Positions 1-9,002 of a stretch of 64,000 bases of DNA are shown piece by piece. The translations under genes were made by a program, and so were the position numbers. Origin of the DNA: a bacterium (lineage in GTDB: Bacteria; Patescibacteriota; Minisyncoccia; UBA6257; UBA9933). Where the stretch lies: assembly GCA_021791445.1 (NCBI GenBank), contig JAJYWO010000002.1, forward strand, positions 21,757 through 85,756, read 5' to 3'. The notes under the pieces were generated by a model. That model did no database searches and was not told where the DNA came from. It saw only the letters and a program-made list of their open reading frames with translations. Numbering within the stretch: the first letter of the stretch is position 1; every line of letters starts with the position of its first letter.

Positions 1-804
1 GAAGTTACCGGACGCCTTGAAGAAACAATGACTTTTTTGGCGGATTATCTTGAAAAGGAAGCCAATTGGCGCTCGAAAATCCGCAATGCCATGATATACC
101 CGGTTTTTATTTTGGTTTTATTGGTGGCGGTTGCCATTTTGCTTTTAGTGGTGGTATTCCCCAAACTGGCGCCGGTTTTTGAAGAAATGGGCACGGATAT
201 CCCGATATTCACCAAAATATTTTTGGGCGCGGGAAATTTTATGCTTAATTGGTGGTGGCTGATTATTTTAATGGGGGGTATGGGAGTCATTATGCTGTTG
301 GAATATCTTCAAACTAAAGAAGGTCAGGTTGTGATGAATGAATTGAAAATCAGGATTCCGGTATTTGGAGGGTTGTTCAAAAAAATTTATGTGGCGCGCT
401 TTTCGGAATCTGTCCGCGTTCTTGTCAAAGGGGGAGTGCCGATCGCCCAGGCCATTGAAATAAGCAGCCACAATATCGGCAATATCGCTTACCGTGACGT
501 TCTCCATGAGATTTCCGAAAATGTGAGGGCTGGAGAAATGCTTTCTTCGCTTTTATTGAAAAACGATTATTATTTTCCGGATTTGGTCGGCCAAATGGTG
601 GCGATAGGCGAGTCAACCGGCCGCTTGGATGAAACGCTTTCCAAGGTGTCGGTTCTTTACACGCGCGAAGTGGACAATACTTTGAACAATTTATCCGAGC
701 TTATTCAGCCGGTTTTAATCAGCGTCATCGGCATTTTTGTCGGTTTGCTGTTTGCGGCGGTTTTGGTTCCGATATATAATATAGCGCAAGGGTTTAAATT
801 ATGA
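1..804 (+). CDS. pilC: Type IV pilus assembly protein PilC, C-terminal part (T2SS-F domain). Partial: the frame is open back to the window edge.
   Basis: Supplied ORF 28..804 is polytopic and GspF/PilC-like. The 9 codons upstream are in frame with no stop, so the gene starts before the window. Confidence 0.75.
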   Translation, partial: EVTGRLEETMTFLADYLEKEANWRSKIRNAMIYPVFILVLLVAVAILLLVVVFPKLAPVFEEMGTDIPIFTKIFLGAGNFMLNWWWLIILMGGMGVIMLLEYLQTKEGQVVMNELKIRIPVFGGLFKKIYVARFSESVRVLVKGGVPIAQAIEISSHNIGNIAYRDVLHEISENVRAGEMLSSLLLKNDYYFPDLVGQMVAIGESTGRLDETLSKVSVLYTREVDNTLNNLSELIQPVLISVIGIFVGLLFAAVLVPIYNIAQGFKL

Positions 805-840
805 TTAAACGGTCGAAGAATAATATTAGAATATTTAAAT

Positions 841-1281
841 ATGAAAAAAAATAAAGGTTTTACATTAATCGAAATGCTTATCGTTATCGCCATTATTTCC
901 ATTTTGGCGTCCGTGTTTTTGGTCGGTTTAAGAGGTTTTCGCGCGGGAGCTTACGATTCCCGAAGATTGGCGGATATGCAAAAAGTTCAGAGCTATTTGG
1001 AAATTTATTACACGAGAAATCGCCAGTATCCGAATGTCTCAACTTGGAGCGCCTTGCAAAGCGAATTGATTAATTCCGAGTTGGGAATATCGGCGATCCC
1101 GAACGATCCGGTGCCAAATCAAACTTATTATTACGGCGTTGACAGCACTGATTTTCAGAGTTATGTTTTGGGCGCGAGATTTTCCACTCCCGACCATTCC
1201 TCGCTTAAAGAGGGGACTGAACTCGACGGAACTCAATTCGGCGTCAATTGCGACGATCCGGTATTTTGCATCAGATTCTAA
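841..1281 (+). CDS. Type IV pilin with a prepilin N-terminal cleavage/methylation motif
   Basis: N-terminus MKKNKGFTLIEMLIVIAIISILA is a class III signal (G|FTLIE) followed by a hydrophobic helix. Confidence 0.75.
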   Translation: MKKNKGFTLIEMLIVIAIISILASVFLVGLRGFRAGAYDSRRLADMQKVQSYLEIYYTRNRQYPNVSTWSALQSELINSELGISAIPNDPVPNQTYYYGVDSTDFQSYVLGARFSTPDHSSLKEGTELDGTQFGVNCDDPVFCIRF

Positions 1282-2130
1282 ATGATTAATTATTTATCCT
1301 TTTTTATTATTGGCGCGGCCATCGGCAGTTTTCTTAATGTCATTTCTTTGCGCTACAAGCCGGGCAAAAAGCTTTTCAGCGAAGATGTTATCGCCGGCCG
1401 TTCGCATTGCCCTCATTGCCGAAAAATATTGAAATGGTACGAACTTGTGCCGGTTTTCAGTTTTATAATTCAAAAAGGGAAGTGCCGGCATTGCAAACAT
1501 AAATTATCGTGGCAATATCCGCTGATTGAAACTTTAAGCGGATTGATTTTTATTTTTATTCCGATTTCTCTCGGCGTGCCGATATTCGCTCCGCAGTCCA
1601 TTATCTGGATTTTGATTTTTTTCATTTTTATTTTAATCAGCCTCATAGATTTCAGGCATTACATTATTCCGGACCAATTGAATTTTTCTTTGGCGATCTT
1701 GGGATTGTTTCTGATAAGCATTAAAGAAAAAACCCGGACTTTCGGAATGTTTGAGGGTTCTTTTTTGGGGCATTATTCCGGACTTTTCGGATTGCGCGAC
1801 AATATTTGGATCAATCATTTTTTCGCCGCTTTGTTGGGAATGATATTTTTCGGCTTGATAATCATTTTAAGCCGCGGCCGGGCAATGGGTTGGGGAGATT
1901 TCAAATTAGTCGGCCCGTTGGGATTTATCTTCGGTTGGCCGGATATTTTAATGATTGTATTTTTGTCTTTCATAATCGGCAGCGTTTTTGTCGCTCCGTT
2001 ATTGATAAAAGGGGTTAAAAAAATGAAGGATGTTGTTCCTTTCGGGCCTTTTTTAATAATCGCTTCCTCTTTGACTTTTTTCTTCGGCTATCAAATTATC
2101 AATAGCTATTTCTCGCTTTTTGGGGTATAA
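1282..2130 (+). CDS. pilD: Prepilin peptidase (A24 family) PilD
   Basis: N-terminal CPHC...CRHC zinc motif followed by multiple TM segments. Directly downstream of the pilin gene. Confidence 0.85.
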   Translation: MINYLSFFIIGAAIGSFLNVISLRYKPGKKLFSEDVIAGRSHCPHCRKILKWYELVPVFSFIIQKGKCRHCKHKLSWQYPLIETLSGLIFIFIPISLGVPIFAPQSIIWILIFFIFILISLIDFRHYIIPDQLNFSLAILGLFLISIKEKTRTFGMFEGSFLGHYSGLFGLRDNIWINHFFAALLGMIFFGLIIILSRGRAMGWGDFKLVGPLGFIFGWPDILMIVFLSFIIGSVFVAPLLIKGVKKMKDVVPFGPFLIIASSLTFFFGYQIINSYFSLFGV

Positions 2131-2137
2131 TTTTAAA

Positions 2138-2653
2138 ATGAAGAAAGGATTTTCATTAACCGAATTATTGGTGGTTTTTGCGGTGATTGGCATATTGTCC
2201 AGCGGGCTGGTAATTTACAATCGCGCTACGGAACGCCAAATAATAATTTTTAAGGAACAAGCCAAAATAATGAGCGCCATTCAAAAAGCGAAATCTTTGG
2301 CTTTGGCGACATTTATTCAGCAAGAAGCGCCTTGCGGATACGGCGTTCATTTTGCGGAACCGAATATAATGATTATATTCAAAGAACTTTCTCCTTCGGG
2401 CGACGCAAATTGTTCCGATGTGGACAATATTTACACTTCCAACGCTGAAAATTTTGAAGAAATTAATCTTGATAAGGTTGTGAAATTCAGCAGTCTTGAA
2501 TTAAAAGATGTGGTTTTTACTCCGCCGGAACCGAAAGTTTTTATCGACGGAACGGATACCAGAAATGAAGCGTTAATAAAAATAAAAACCACCGACAATA
2601 AAGGGGAAAAAATAATCAAAGTCACAAATGCCGGACAAATTACAGCACAATAA
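2138..2653 (+). CDS. Pilin-like protein (prepilin-type N-terminus)
   Basis: MKKGFSLTELLVVFAVIGIL motif. ATG at 2138 preferred over the upstream in-frame Met at 2120. Confidence 0.65.
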   Translation: MKKGFSLTELLVVFAVIGILSSGLVIYNRATERQIIIFKEQAKIMSAIQKAKSLALATFIQQEAPCGYGVHFAEPNIMIIFKELSPSGDANCSDVDNIYTSNAENFEEINLDKVVKFSSLELKDVVFTPPEPKVFIDGTDTRNEALIKIKTTDNKGEKIIKVTNAGQITAQ

Positions 2654-3113
2654 GGGGTATCTTTTAATTGAATCCGTTGTCGCCATTACTCTTTTGGTTG
2701 TGGGTTTTTTGGGCATGTTGGCGTTGCTATCCAATTCAATAGCGTTAAACCGCGTCATCAACGACCAATTCATAGCCAATTATTTGGCGGCGGAAGGAAT
2801 TGAAATCATCAAGAATCTCATTGATTCCAATGTTATACAAGGAAAGCCGTGGAATGAAAATATCAACGCCGGCGATTTTGAAGTTGATTATCAAAGTTCG
2901 CAATTGGAGCCGAATCAAGGTAGACCCATTTTATTTGACGAGAATATTAAAAAATATGGATATGGAAGCGGCAATCAAACATTCTTTAAAAGAAAAATTT
3001 CCGTTGATTTTGTGAGTCCGGAACAAGTAAAAGTTAATTCAATCGTTAATTGGTCCACTCGCAAGGGCAAATTTGAAATAAATTTGGAAGACCATTTTTT
3101 TAACTGGAAATGA
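2628..3113 (+). CDS. Pseudopilin-like protein
   Basis: KGYLLIESVVAITLLVVGF resembles a minor-pilin class III leader. Overlaps the previous gene by 26 nt. Confidence 0.5.
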   Translation: MPDKLQHNKGYLLIESVVAITLLVVGFLGMLALLSNSIALNRVINDQFIANYLAAEGIEIIKNLIDSNVIQGKPWNENINAGDFEVDYQSSQLEPNQGRPILFDENIKKYGYGSGNQTFFKRKISVDFVSPEQVKVNSIVNWSTRKGKFEINLEDHFFNWK

Positions 3114-3688
3114 AAAAAAATCTCAAATCTAAAATCTCAAATCTCAAATCTTCAGACGGCTTTACCTTAGTGGAGCTTATTATGGCAATGAGCATTTTTG
3201 TGATTTTGGTGTCAATCGCGGTTGGCGGATTTATCAACATTTTAAGGAATCAAAGACTAGCCATCGCTTTGATGTCCGTTAACGACAATATGAGTTTAAG
3301 CATGGAACAAATGGCGCGCGAAATAAGAACCGGATATAACTTTATCAAAATATCCGACGAGGAATTCCAATTTGTCAACGCAAATAACAGAATAGTTTGG
3401 TATAGGCTGAGCAAGGGCGCCATAGAAAGAGTCACGGAAAACGCGTCTTTGGAAAAGAATCCCCAAAAAATCACCGCTGACAACGTAAAAATAGTGAAAT
3501 TTAACGTGGGAATTTGCGGGAGAAATCTCGACCCGAATTTAATTCTTGATTCTTGCGGCATCGGAGGAAGCGCGTATCCGCCGAGAATCACTTTAAGTTT
3601 TACCATAACCAGCGCCGAACCGGATATTGAAAGATTGAAAATTTTTACCAATATTCAAACAACAATAAGTTCAAGAATATTGATATAA
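3110..3688 (+). CDS. Pseudopilin-like protein carrying an in-frame heptanucleotide repeat
   Basis: DGFTLVELIMAMSIFVIL prepilin motif. N-terminal NLKSKISNLKSS is encoded by (TCTCAAA)n at 3121-3151. Confidence 0.6.
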   Translation: MKKNLKSKISNLKSSDGFTLVELIMAMSIFVILVSIAVGGFINILRNQRLAIALMSVNDNMSLSMEQMAREIRTGYNFIKISDEEFQFVNANNRIVWYRLSKGAIERVTENASLEKNPQKITADNVKIVKFNVGICGRNLDPNLILDSCGIGGSAYPPRITLSFTITSAEPDIERLKIFTNIQTTISSRILI

Positions 3689-3689
3689 A

Positions 3690-5120
3690 ATGACGGCCAA
3701 TATTCCAAAAAATATCAGAGTGAGATTCGCGCCGAGTCCAACCGGCCCTCTTCATATTGGCAGCTGCCGCACGGCTTTGTTTAATTGGCTTTTTGCCAAA
3801 AATCAGGGCGGGGAATTCATTTTGCGCATTGAAAACACCGATGTTGAGCGTTCAAAAAAAGAATATGAAGACGGCATTGTTGAGGGTATGAAATGGCTCG
3901 GTTTGGATTGGGACGAGTTTTACCGCCAATCGGAACGGCTGGATATTTACGAAAAATATCTTAAACAGCTTTTAGACGAAGAAAAAGCGTATTATTGTTT
4001 TTGTTCCAAAGAAGAACTTGAAGCCGACCGGCAAGCGATGTTAAGCCAGGGGATTGCGCCGAAATACGGCGGCCGATGCAAAAAATTTTCAAAACAAGAA
4101 AGCGAAGAAAAAATAAATAAAGGAGAATCTGCCGTTATCCGTTTTAAGATGCCGTTAAAGGAAATTGAATTTCATGATATGATACGCGGCAAGGTGAAAT
4201 TCAACAGCGAGTTGATAGGGGATATAGTAATAGCGAAAAATCTGAAAGAACCGCTTTATAATTTCGGAGTCGTTGTTGACGACTATGAAATGAAAATCAG
4301 CCATATAATTCGCGGCGAAGACCATCTGGCCAATACGCCGAAACAAATCGCCATTCAGGAAGCGCTTGGATTTGAAAACGTGAAATATGCTCATTTGCCT
4401 TTAATTTTAACTCCGGACCGCCGCAAAATGTCCAAGCGTTATCTTGATGTCGCTTTGGAAGATTACCGGCAAAACGGCTATTTGGCTGAAGCGATCGTCA
4501 ATTTTACGGTATTTTTGGGTTGGCATCCAGTTGATGACAGGGAAATTCTTTCGCTTGAAGATTTAATCAAGGAATTTGACATAAAAAGGGTTCAAAAAGC
4601 CGGCGCGGTTTTTAATGTGGATAAGCTGGACTGGTTGAATTCGCAATACATTAAAAAGATGGACGCTTCGGAATTGGCTTTGAAGATTAAAAATTTTATT
4701 CCCTCGCAATGGCAATCTGACGAAGAATTGCTTATTAAAGCGATTGGAGCGGAAAAAGAAAGAATGAGAACGTTGGCGGAATTCAAAGATTTGGCAGGTT
4801 TCTTTTTTGAATTGCCAAATTACGAAAAAAATCTTTTAATATGGCGCGATGCGGCTCCGGAAAAAATTATTGAAAATTTGAAAATGATCGCCATGGAACT
4901 TGAAAAAATCGATGAAATGATGTTTAATAAAAAGGACTTGGAACAAATAATTATGCCGTTGACGGAAAAATACGGCGTTGGCGACTTGCTTTGGCCATTA
5001 AGAACCGCCTTAAGCGGCAAACAGGCGTCGCCCGGACCGTTTGAGATTTTGGAAGTTTTGGGCAAAAAAGAGTCGCTTAAACGGATTGAAATCGCGATAA
5101 ATAAATTGCAAAATAAATAA
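3690..5120 (+). CDS. gltX: Glutamyl-tRNA synthetase
   Basis: PSPTGPLHIG (HIGH) and KMSKR motifs. 476 aa. Confidence 0.9.
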   Translation: MTANIPKNIRVRFAPSPTGPLHIGSCRTALFNWLFAKNQGGEFILRIENTDVERSKKEYEDGIVEGMKWLGLDWDEFYRQSERLDIYEKYLKQLLDEEKAYYCFCSKEELEADRQAMLSQGIAPKYGGRCKKFSKQESEEKINKGESAVIRFKMPLKEIEFHDMIRGKVKFNSELIGDIVIAKNLKEPLYNFGVVVDDYEMKISHIIRGEDHLANTPKQIAIQEALGFENVKYAHLPLILTPDRRKMSKRYLDVALEDYRQNGYLAEAIVNFTVFLGWHPVDDREILSLEDLIKEFDIKRVQKAGAVFNVDKLDWLNSQYIKKMDASELALKIKNFIPSQWQSDEELLIKAIGAEKERMRTLAEFKDLAGFFFELPNYEKNLLIWRDAAPEKIIENLKMIAMELEKIDEMMFNKKDLEQIIMPLTEKYGVGDLLWPLRTALSGKQASPGPFEILEVLGKKESLKRIEIAINKLQNK

Positions 5121-5123
5121 AAA

Positions 5124-5330
5124 ATGAACGATTTTTCAAATTTTCTTTTAAATAATCAATTTTCCGGCAAATTAAAGGAATTGTTTAATTTAGGCTTAAT
5201 ATTGGCGGATAGGATATCTTTTTTATTAAAAGATGTCATTTTGTGGATATGGGATATATTCAGCAGAGTATTCGGATCTGTTTTGCAATTTACGATTGAT
5301 TTGGTAAATTTGGTTTTGAGTTATATATAA
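5124..5330 (+). CDS. Small hypothetical protein (68 aa)
   Basis: ORF only. No recognisable motif. Follows gltX by 3 nt. Confidence 0.25.
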   Translation: MNDFSNFLLNNQFSGKLKELFNLGLILADRISFLLKDVILWIWDIFSRVFGSVLQFTIDLVNLVLSYI

Positions 5331-5426
5331 GAGAGTAATCGCGAATAATATAAAAAAGCAGATTTTACGATAATCATATTCATATTATTGTCGTAAAATG
5401 TATATTGTGCGACACTTGTGACACAG

Positions 5427-6803
5427 ATGAAGAAAGCAATCCGCATACATTTTATAGGCATAGGAGGCATTGGAGTAAGCGCGTTAGCGCGCTATTTTTT
5501 GTCTGAAGGCCATAAAATCAGCGGTTCGGACGCTTCCCGTTCGGAAATCACAGACGAATTAAAGAAAGAAGGCATAAAGATCTTAATTGGCCACAAAGCG
5601 GCTAATATCTTCAAGAGTATCGATTTAATAATTCATAGCGCCGCTGTTAATAAAAATAACCCAGAAATTGGAGGGGCTGAAAAACTTGGCATTCCCCTGC
5701 AATCTTACAGTCAGGCGCTCGGCGAATTGACGAAACAGCATAAAACAATTGCCGTGGCCGGCACTTGCGGCAAAAGCACCACCACCGCCATGCTTTCGCT
5801 TGTTTTTGCAAAAGCCGGATTAGACCCAACCGTGATAATCGGCACCAAACTTAAAGAATTTGGCGAAAAAAATTTCAGGAAGGGCAAAAGCGATTATTTA
5901 ATAATAGAAGCGGACGAGCATTTCAAGTCTTTTTTGGATTACTCCCCTTTTGCGGCTATTATCACCAATATTGACCGCGATCATTTGGATTTTTATAAAA
6001 ATCTCAATAATTTAAAAAAATCTTTTCTGGACTTCATCGGGAATATTTGTTCAGGCGGCGTTTTAGTTGTTAATAAAGACGATAAAAATTTATTCGGTTT
6101 AAAAAATAAAATCCAAAAAATTGCCAAGAAAAATAAATTAAAAATTATCTGGTATGGCAAAGAGGAAAAATTAAAAAATATTTTAAAAATACCGGGCAAA
6201 CACAATGTTTCCAACGCAACAGCTGTTCTTGAAATGGCAAAAGCGGTCGGCGTAAAAGAAAAAGTCATTTTAAGAGCGTTAAGCGAATACCGCGGCGCCT
6301 GGCGCAGAATGGAATACCGTGGAAATCTCAAATCTCAAATCTCAAATCTCAAAATTTCGGTTTATGACGATTACGCTCATCACCCCTCCAAAATAAAAGC
6401 CGCTTTGGCGGGATTTCGCGAAAAATATCCGAAATCGCGAATTATTTGCGTTTTCCAACCGCATCAGTTACAGCGGTTAAAATATTTATTCAAGGAATTT
6501 TCCGAATCATTCAATGACGCAGATGATTTAATTTTATTGGATGTTTATAAAGTAAAAGGCCGCGATGAGTCTCCTTCTAAAATTAATTCTCAAAAACTGG
6601 CAGAAGCGATAAAGAGAAAGAAAAATTCATCAGAGGTTTTATATCTCAAATCCGCCGGCTGGCGGGAAAATAATCTCAAAAAAGAGATTGAGAATATTAT
6701 TCGCAATTCGCGGCATTCGCATACATTCGCGGATTCGTATCATGTAATAGTGATGATGGGCGCCGGAGACATTTATAAATTAACCGATAAATTAATTAAA
6801 TAA
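5427..6803 (+). CDS. murC: UDP-N-acetylmuramate--L-alanine ligase (MurC/Mpl family)
   Basis: IHFIGIGGIGVSALA..GSD N-terminus and AGTCGKSTTT P-loop. The ATG at 5427 is preferred over the GTG at 5418. Contains an in-frame (AATCTCA)4 repeat at 6324-6352. Confidence 0.8.
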   Translation: MKKAIRIHFIGIGGIGVSALARYFLSEGHKISGSDASRSEITDELKKEGIKILIGHKAANIFKSIDLIIHSAAVNKNNPEIGGAEKLGIPLQSYSQALGELTKQHKTIAVAGTCGKSTTTAMLSLVFAKAGLDPTVIIGTKLKEFGEKNFRKGKSDYLIIEADEHFKSFLDYSPFAAIITNIDRDHLDFYKNLNNLKKSFLDFIGNICSGGVLVVNKDDKNLFGLKNKIQKIAKKNKLKIIWYGKEEKLKNILKIPGKHNVSNATAVLEMAKAVGVKEKVILRALSEYRGAWRRMEYRGNLKSQISNLKISVYDDYAHHPSKIKAALAGFREKYPKSRIICVFQPHQLQRLKYLFKEFSESFNDADDLILLDVYKVKGRDESPSKINSQKLAEAIKRKKNSSEVLYLKSAGWRENNLKKEIENIIRNSRHSHTFADSYHVIVMMGAGDIYKLTDKLIK

Positions 6804-6818
6804 GTTAAAAATAAAAAA

Positions 6819-6846
6819 ACGAGCAGTTTAACGTTAAACTGCTCGT
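6819..6846. terminator. Bidirectional rho-independent terminator between murC and the nudix gene
   Basis: Hairpin acgagcagtttaacgttaaactgctcgt with A/T runs on both sides. Confidence 0.5.
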
Positions 6847-6859
6847 CGTATTTGAGATT

Positions 6860-7252
6860 TTATTTACGCATTTTTTCCACAATCCGACTATGGGCAGGAT
6901 GAAATTCCCCTTTCCTGATTAACTCTAAAACATCGGAAATTGGAAAAATTTTTACTTCTTCATCTTCATCGCTTATTTGTTTTAAGCCGTCGATACAATC
7001 TGTTTTTACGCGGAAGAAAACTTTAATATGATTCCCTTTTTCCTGTTTGGAAATCATTTTTAAGTCTTCTAAATTAACCACAATACCCGTTTCCTCTTCC
7101 AGTTCGCGCACAGCGCATTGTTCTGCGGTCTCGCCGAAATTACTTTTCCCGCCCGGCAGTTTCCAATAAATGGGCGCCGGTTTGTGCGGATCGCGAACTA
7201 CAATCAGTCCAAGCGGCGTTGTAACCATTACTATCGCTGCGTATGGTATCAT
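6860..7252 (-). CDS. Nudix hydrolase
   Basis: Nudix box GGKSNFGETAEQCAVRELEEETGI. RBS GGAGGTG lies upstream. Confidence 0.8.
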   Translation of the reverse strand: MIPYAAIVMVTTPLGLIVVRDPHKPAPIYWKLPGGKSNFGETAEQCAVRELEEETGIVVNLEDLKMISKQEKGNHIKVFFRVKTDCIDGLKQISDEDEEVKIFPISDVLELIRKGEFHPAHSRIVEKMRK

Positions 7253-7263
7253 ACCACACCTCC

Positions 7264-7356
7264 TTAGTATATAAAAATACCGTATAAGATAATCCCCACT
7301 ACTATTAACGCTGGTAATAATGCGCTAATAATAGCCGTATATCTAAAACTTTTCAT
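7264..7356 (-). CDS. Unannotated 30-aa hydrophobic peptide (MKSFRYTAIISALLPALIVVGIILYGIFIY)
   Basis: My own translation. GGAGG RBS 6 nt upstream of the ATG. Its stop is followed immediately by the nudix RBS. Single predicted TM helix. Confidence 0.4.
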   Translation of the reverse strand: MKSFRYTAIISALLPALIVVGIILYGIFIY

Positions 7357-7383
7357 ATTTCCTCCAATTTTAAGAACATTTTT

Positions 7384-7434
7384 ATCTCAAAATGAGATAT
7401 TATAATATAAGCATATTTGATTTATTTTGTCAAT
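7384..7434 (-). promoter_or_regulatory. Sigma70-like promoter (TTGACA-N17-TTATAT, read on the minus strand) with palindrome ATCTCATTTTGAGAT at the predicted start site
   Basis: Hexamers read directly from the sequence. About 50 bp of this module is repeated at 8765-8817. Confidence 0.45.
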
Positions 7435-7471
7435 AGTTGCGCTTTGGCTTTTGAATTGATAAGATAAATTC

Positions 7472-8239
7472 GTGTATTATTCCAATTTAGAGGGTTTTAA
7501 AAAGCTTTCCGGCTATGAAATAGACGGCGTTTGGTATCCGCGCGTCACGAAAATCGTGGAAATCAAGGCTAAGCCGGCTTTATACAGATTTTACGCGGAA
7601 TTGAACAATTTTGCCGAAGGCGAGTCGATAAAGGAAAAATCCGCCAGCGAAGGCACTTTAATCCACGAGGCGGCGGAGAAAATTTTTATCGGCGAATCCC
7701 CTGTCATTGACCCGTCAATCGCGCCTTCCATTGAAGCGCTTGTTAATTTTATTGAGAAAAAGAATATTCAAGTTGACCCGGAATTTGTTGAAAAGCAAGT
7801 TGTCCATTACGGAGACCGTTACGCCGGCACATTGGATGCCGTGGCTTTAATTGACGGGAAATTGGGCATCTTAGACATTAAAACATCGCAAGCCATTTAT
7901 CGCGATTACAATCTTCAGACATCGGCTTACATAGCCGCTTTGCACAGCAGTTTGAATAATCTTCAGACGAGATGGATTTTAAGGATAGATCAAACCAAGA
8001 TTTGCTTGAAATGCGGCGCCGTGTTGCGTTCCAAGGGCGGGCGGGATAAAATCCGCGCGCCGAAAGTGAAAAACGGCGTCAATCACGAAAAATGCGAGCA
8101 TCGCTGGTCCGAGCTTCGCGGTGAAATAGAACTTAAAGAATTTCCCTATTGGCAGGAGGATTACAAGGCGTTTTTGGGAGCGAAAAAGTTATGGGAATGG
8201 GAAAATGAGTATTGGTTGAAGAAGGCGGGATATTTATAA
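7472..8239 (+). CDS. PD-(D/E)XK family nuclease with a C-terminal zinc ribbon
   Basis: GTLDAVALIDGKLGILDIKTSQAIYRDYNLQTSAY gives D..D-x-K and QxxxY motifs. C-terminal CLKCG...HEKCEH. Likely a GTG start. Confidence 0.6.
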   Translation: MYYSNLEGFKKLSGYEIDGVWYPRVTKIVEIKAKPALYRFYAELNNFAEGESIKEKSASEGTLIHEAAEKIFIGESPVIDPSIAPSIEALVNFIEKKNIQVDPEFVEKQVVHYGDRYAGTLDAVALIDGKLGILDIKTSQAIYRDYNLQTSAYIAALHSSLNNLQTRWILRIDQTKICLKCGAVLRSKGGRDKIRAPKVKNGVNHEKCEHRWSELRGEIELKEFPYWQEDYKAFLGAKKLWEWENEYWLKKAGYL

Positions 8240-8264
8240 GGAAAAATTTTATTTTCCCTCAACC

Positions 8265-8365
8265 CGCTTCGCTCGCCCCAGCGAGGCGAGCTCGCTTATT
8301 CCTCGGCTCGCTCCCCCGCCTGCGGCGGGGACCATGCCCGCTCGCCTGCGCAGGTTTCGGAGAAA
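8265..8365. repeat. GC-rich cluster of three hairpins (GCTCGCC/GGCGAGC, CCCCGCC-TGC-GGCGGGG, CCTGCGCAGG), REP-like
   Basis: Seen in the sequence. Strongly GC-rich against an AT-rich background. It generates the spurious ORF 8212..8484. Confidence 0.5.
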
Positions 8366-8454
8366 ACAAAATTTTTCCTTATAAATTTATTATTGTTATA
8401 AAAAAACAGCCCGGCAAGGTTTTTATCCTTGAACCGGGTCTTATTAAATTAATT

Positions 8455-8688
8455 TTACTTTTTTACAAGACGAAATGCTCTTAATTCTGGATTTGCCGTT
8501 TTCCAATCTCTTGCGTACTCAGCCCTAAGATCACTAATAAAAGGTATTATGTCTAGCGCTAAAAGATCAGTGCAGTAAATCTTGTGATTTTCGTTTGTGA
8601 ACCTTATAAAACCATTTTTCATCTGATAAAATTCCATTTTTTCATTTTTTTGATCATAAATAATCATATCTCCTTCTTTCAATTTCAT
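8455..8688 (-). CDS. Hypothetical protein (77 aa)
   Basis: ORF with an AGGAG RBS. Downstream of the second copy of the promoter-operator module. Confidence 0.5.
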   Translation of the reverse strand: MKLKEGDMIIYDQKNEKMEFYQMKNGFIRFTNENHKIYCTDLLALDIIPFISDLRAEYARDWKTANPELRAFRLVKK

Positions 8689-8724
8689 AAATTTTCTCCT
8701 TATATCCTTTCGTTTTTTATAAAG

Positions 8725-8817
8725 AACAAATATCTCTTAATGAGATGTTTATCTTAGGTTTTTAAACATCTCAAAATGAGATGTTATAATATAAGCATAT
8801 TTGACTTAATTTGTCAA
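8725..8817 (-). promoter_or_regulatory. Second copy of the TTGACA/TATAAT promoter, with two ATCTCA..TGAGAT palindromes
   Basis: AACATCTCAAAATGAGATGTT at 8765-8785 and ATCTCTTAATGAGAT at 8731-8745. Same 50-bp module as 7384-7434. Confidence 0.45.
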
Positions 8818-8979
8818 CTAAGAGCACTTTTCAATAATAATCGGGGCGCGGGTGAATTCGCGGTTTGCCAGATAGCCTAAACCGAAACTCAAAGTGGCGA
8901 CAACAATAATTAAAAACGCAATCATAATATCGCGTTGATTTTCTTTAAACCACTCCTTAAAAGAGTTTATAAAGTCCAT
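8818..8979 (-). CDS. Unannotated 53-aa small membrane protein (MDFINSFKEWFKENQRDIMIAFLIIVVATLSFGLGYLANREF...)
   Basis: My own translation. One TM helix. Its stop abuts the -35 box of the downstream promoter. Confidence 0.35.
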   Translation of the reverse strand: MDFINSFKEWFKENQRDIMIAFLIIVVATLSFGLGYLANREFTRAPIIIEKCS

Positions 8980-9002
8980 AAAGTTTATAAAGTTATAAAG
9001 TT

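Noticed and set aside
8212-8484. Supplied 90-aa ORF rich in Arg/Pro/Ala
   Set aside because: It is generated by the GC-rich hairpin cluster at 8265-8365. It has no RBS, and its composition is an artefact of translating the palindromic repeat.
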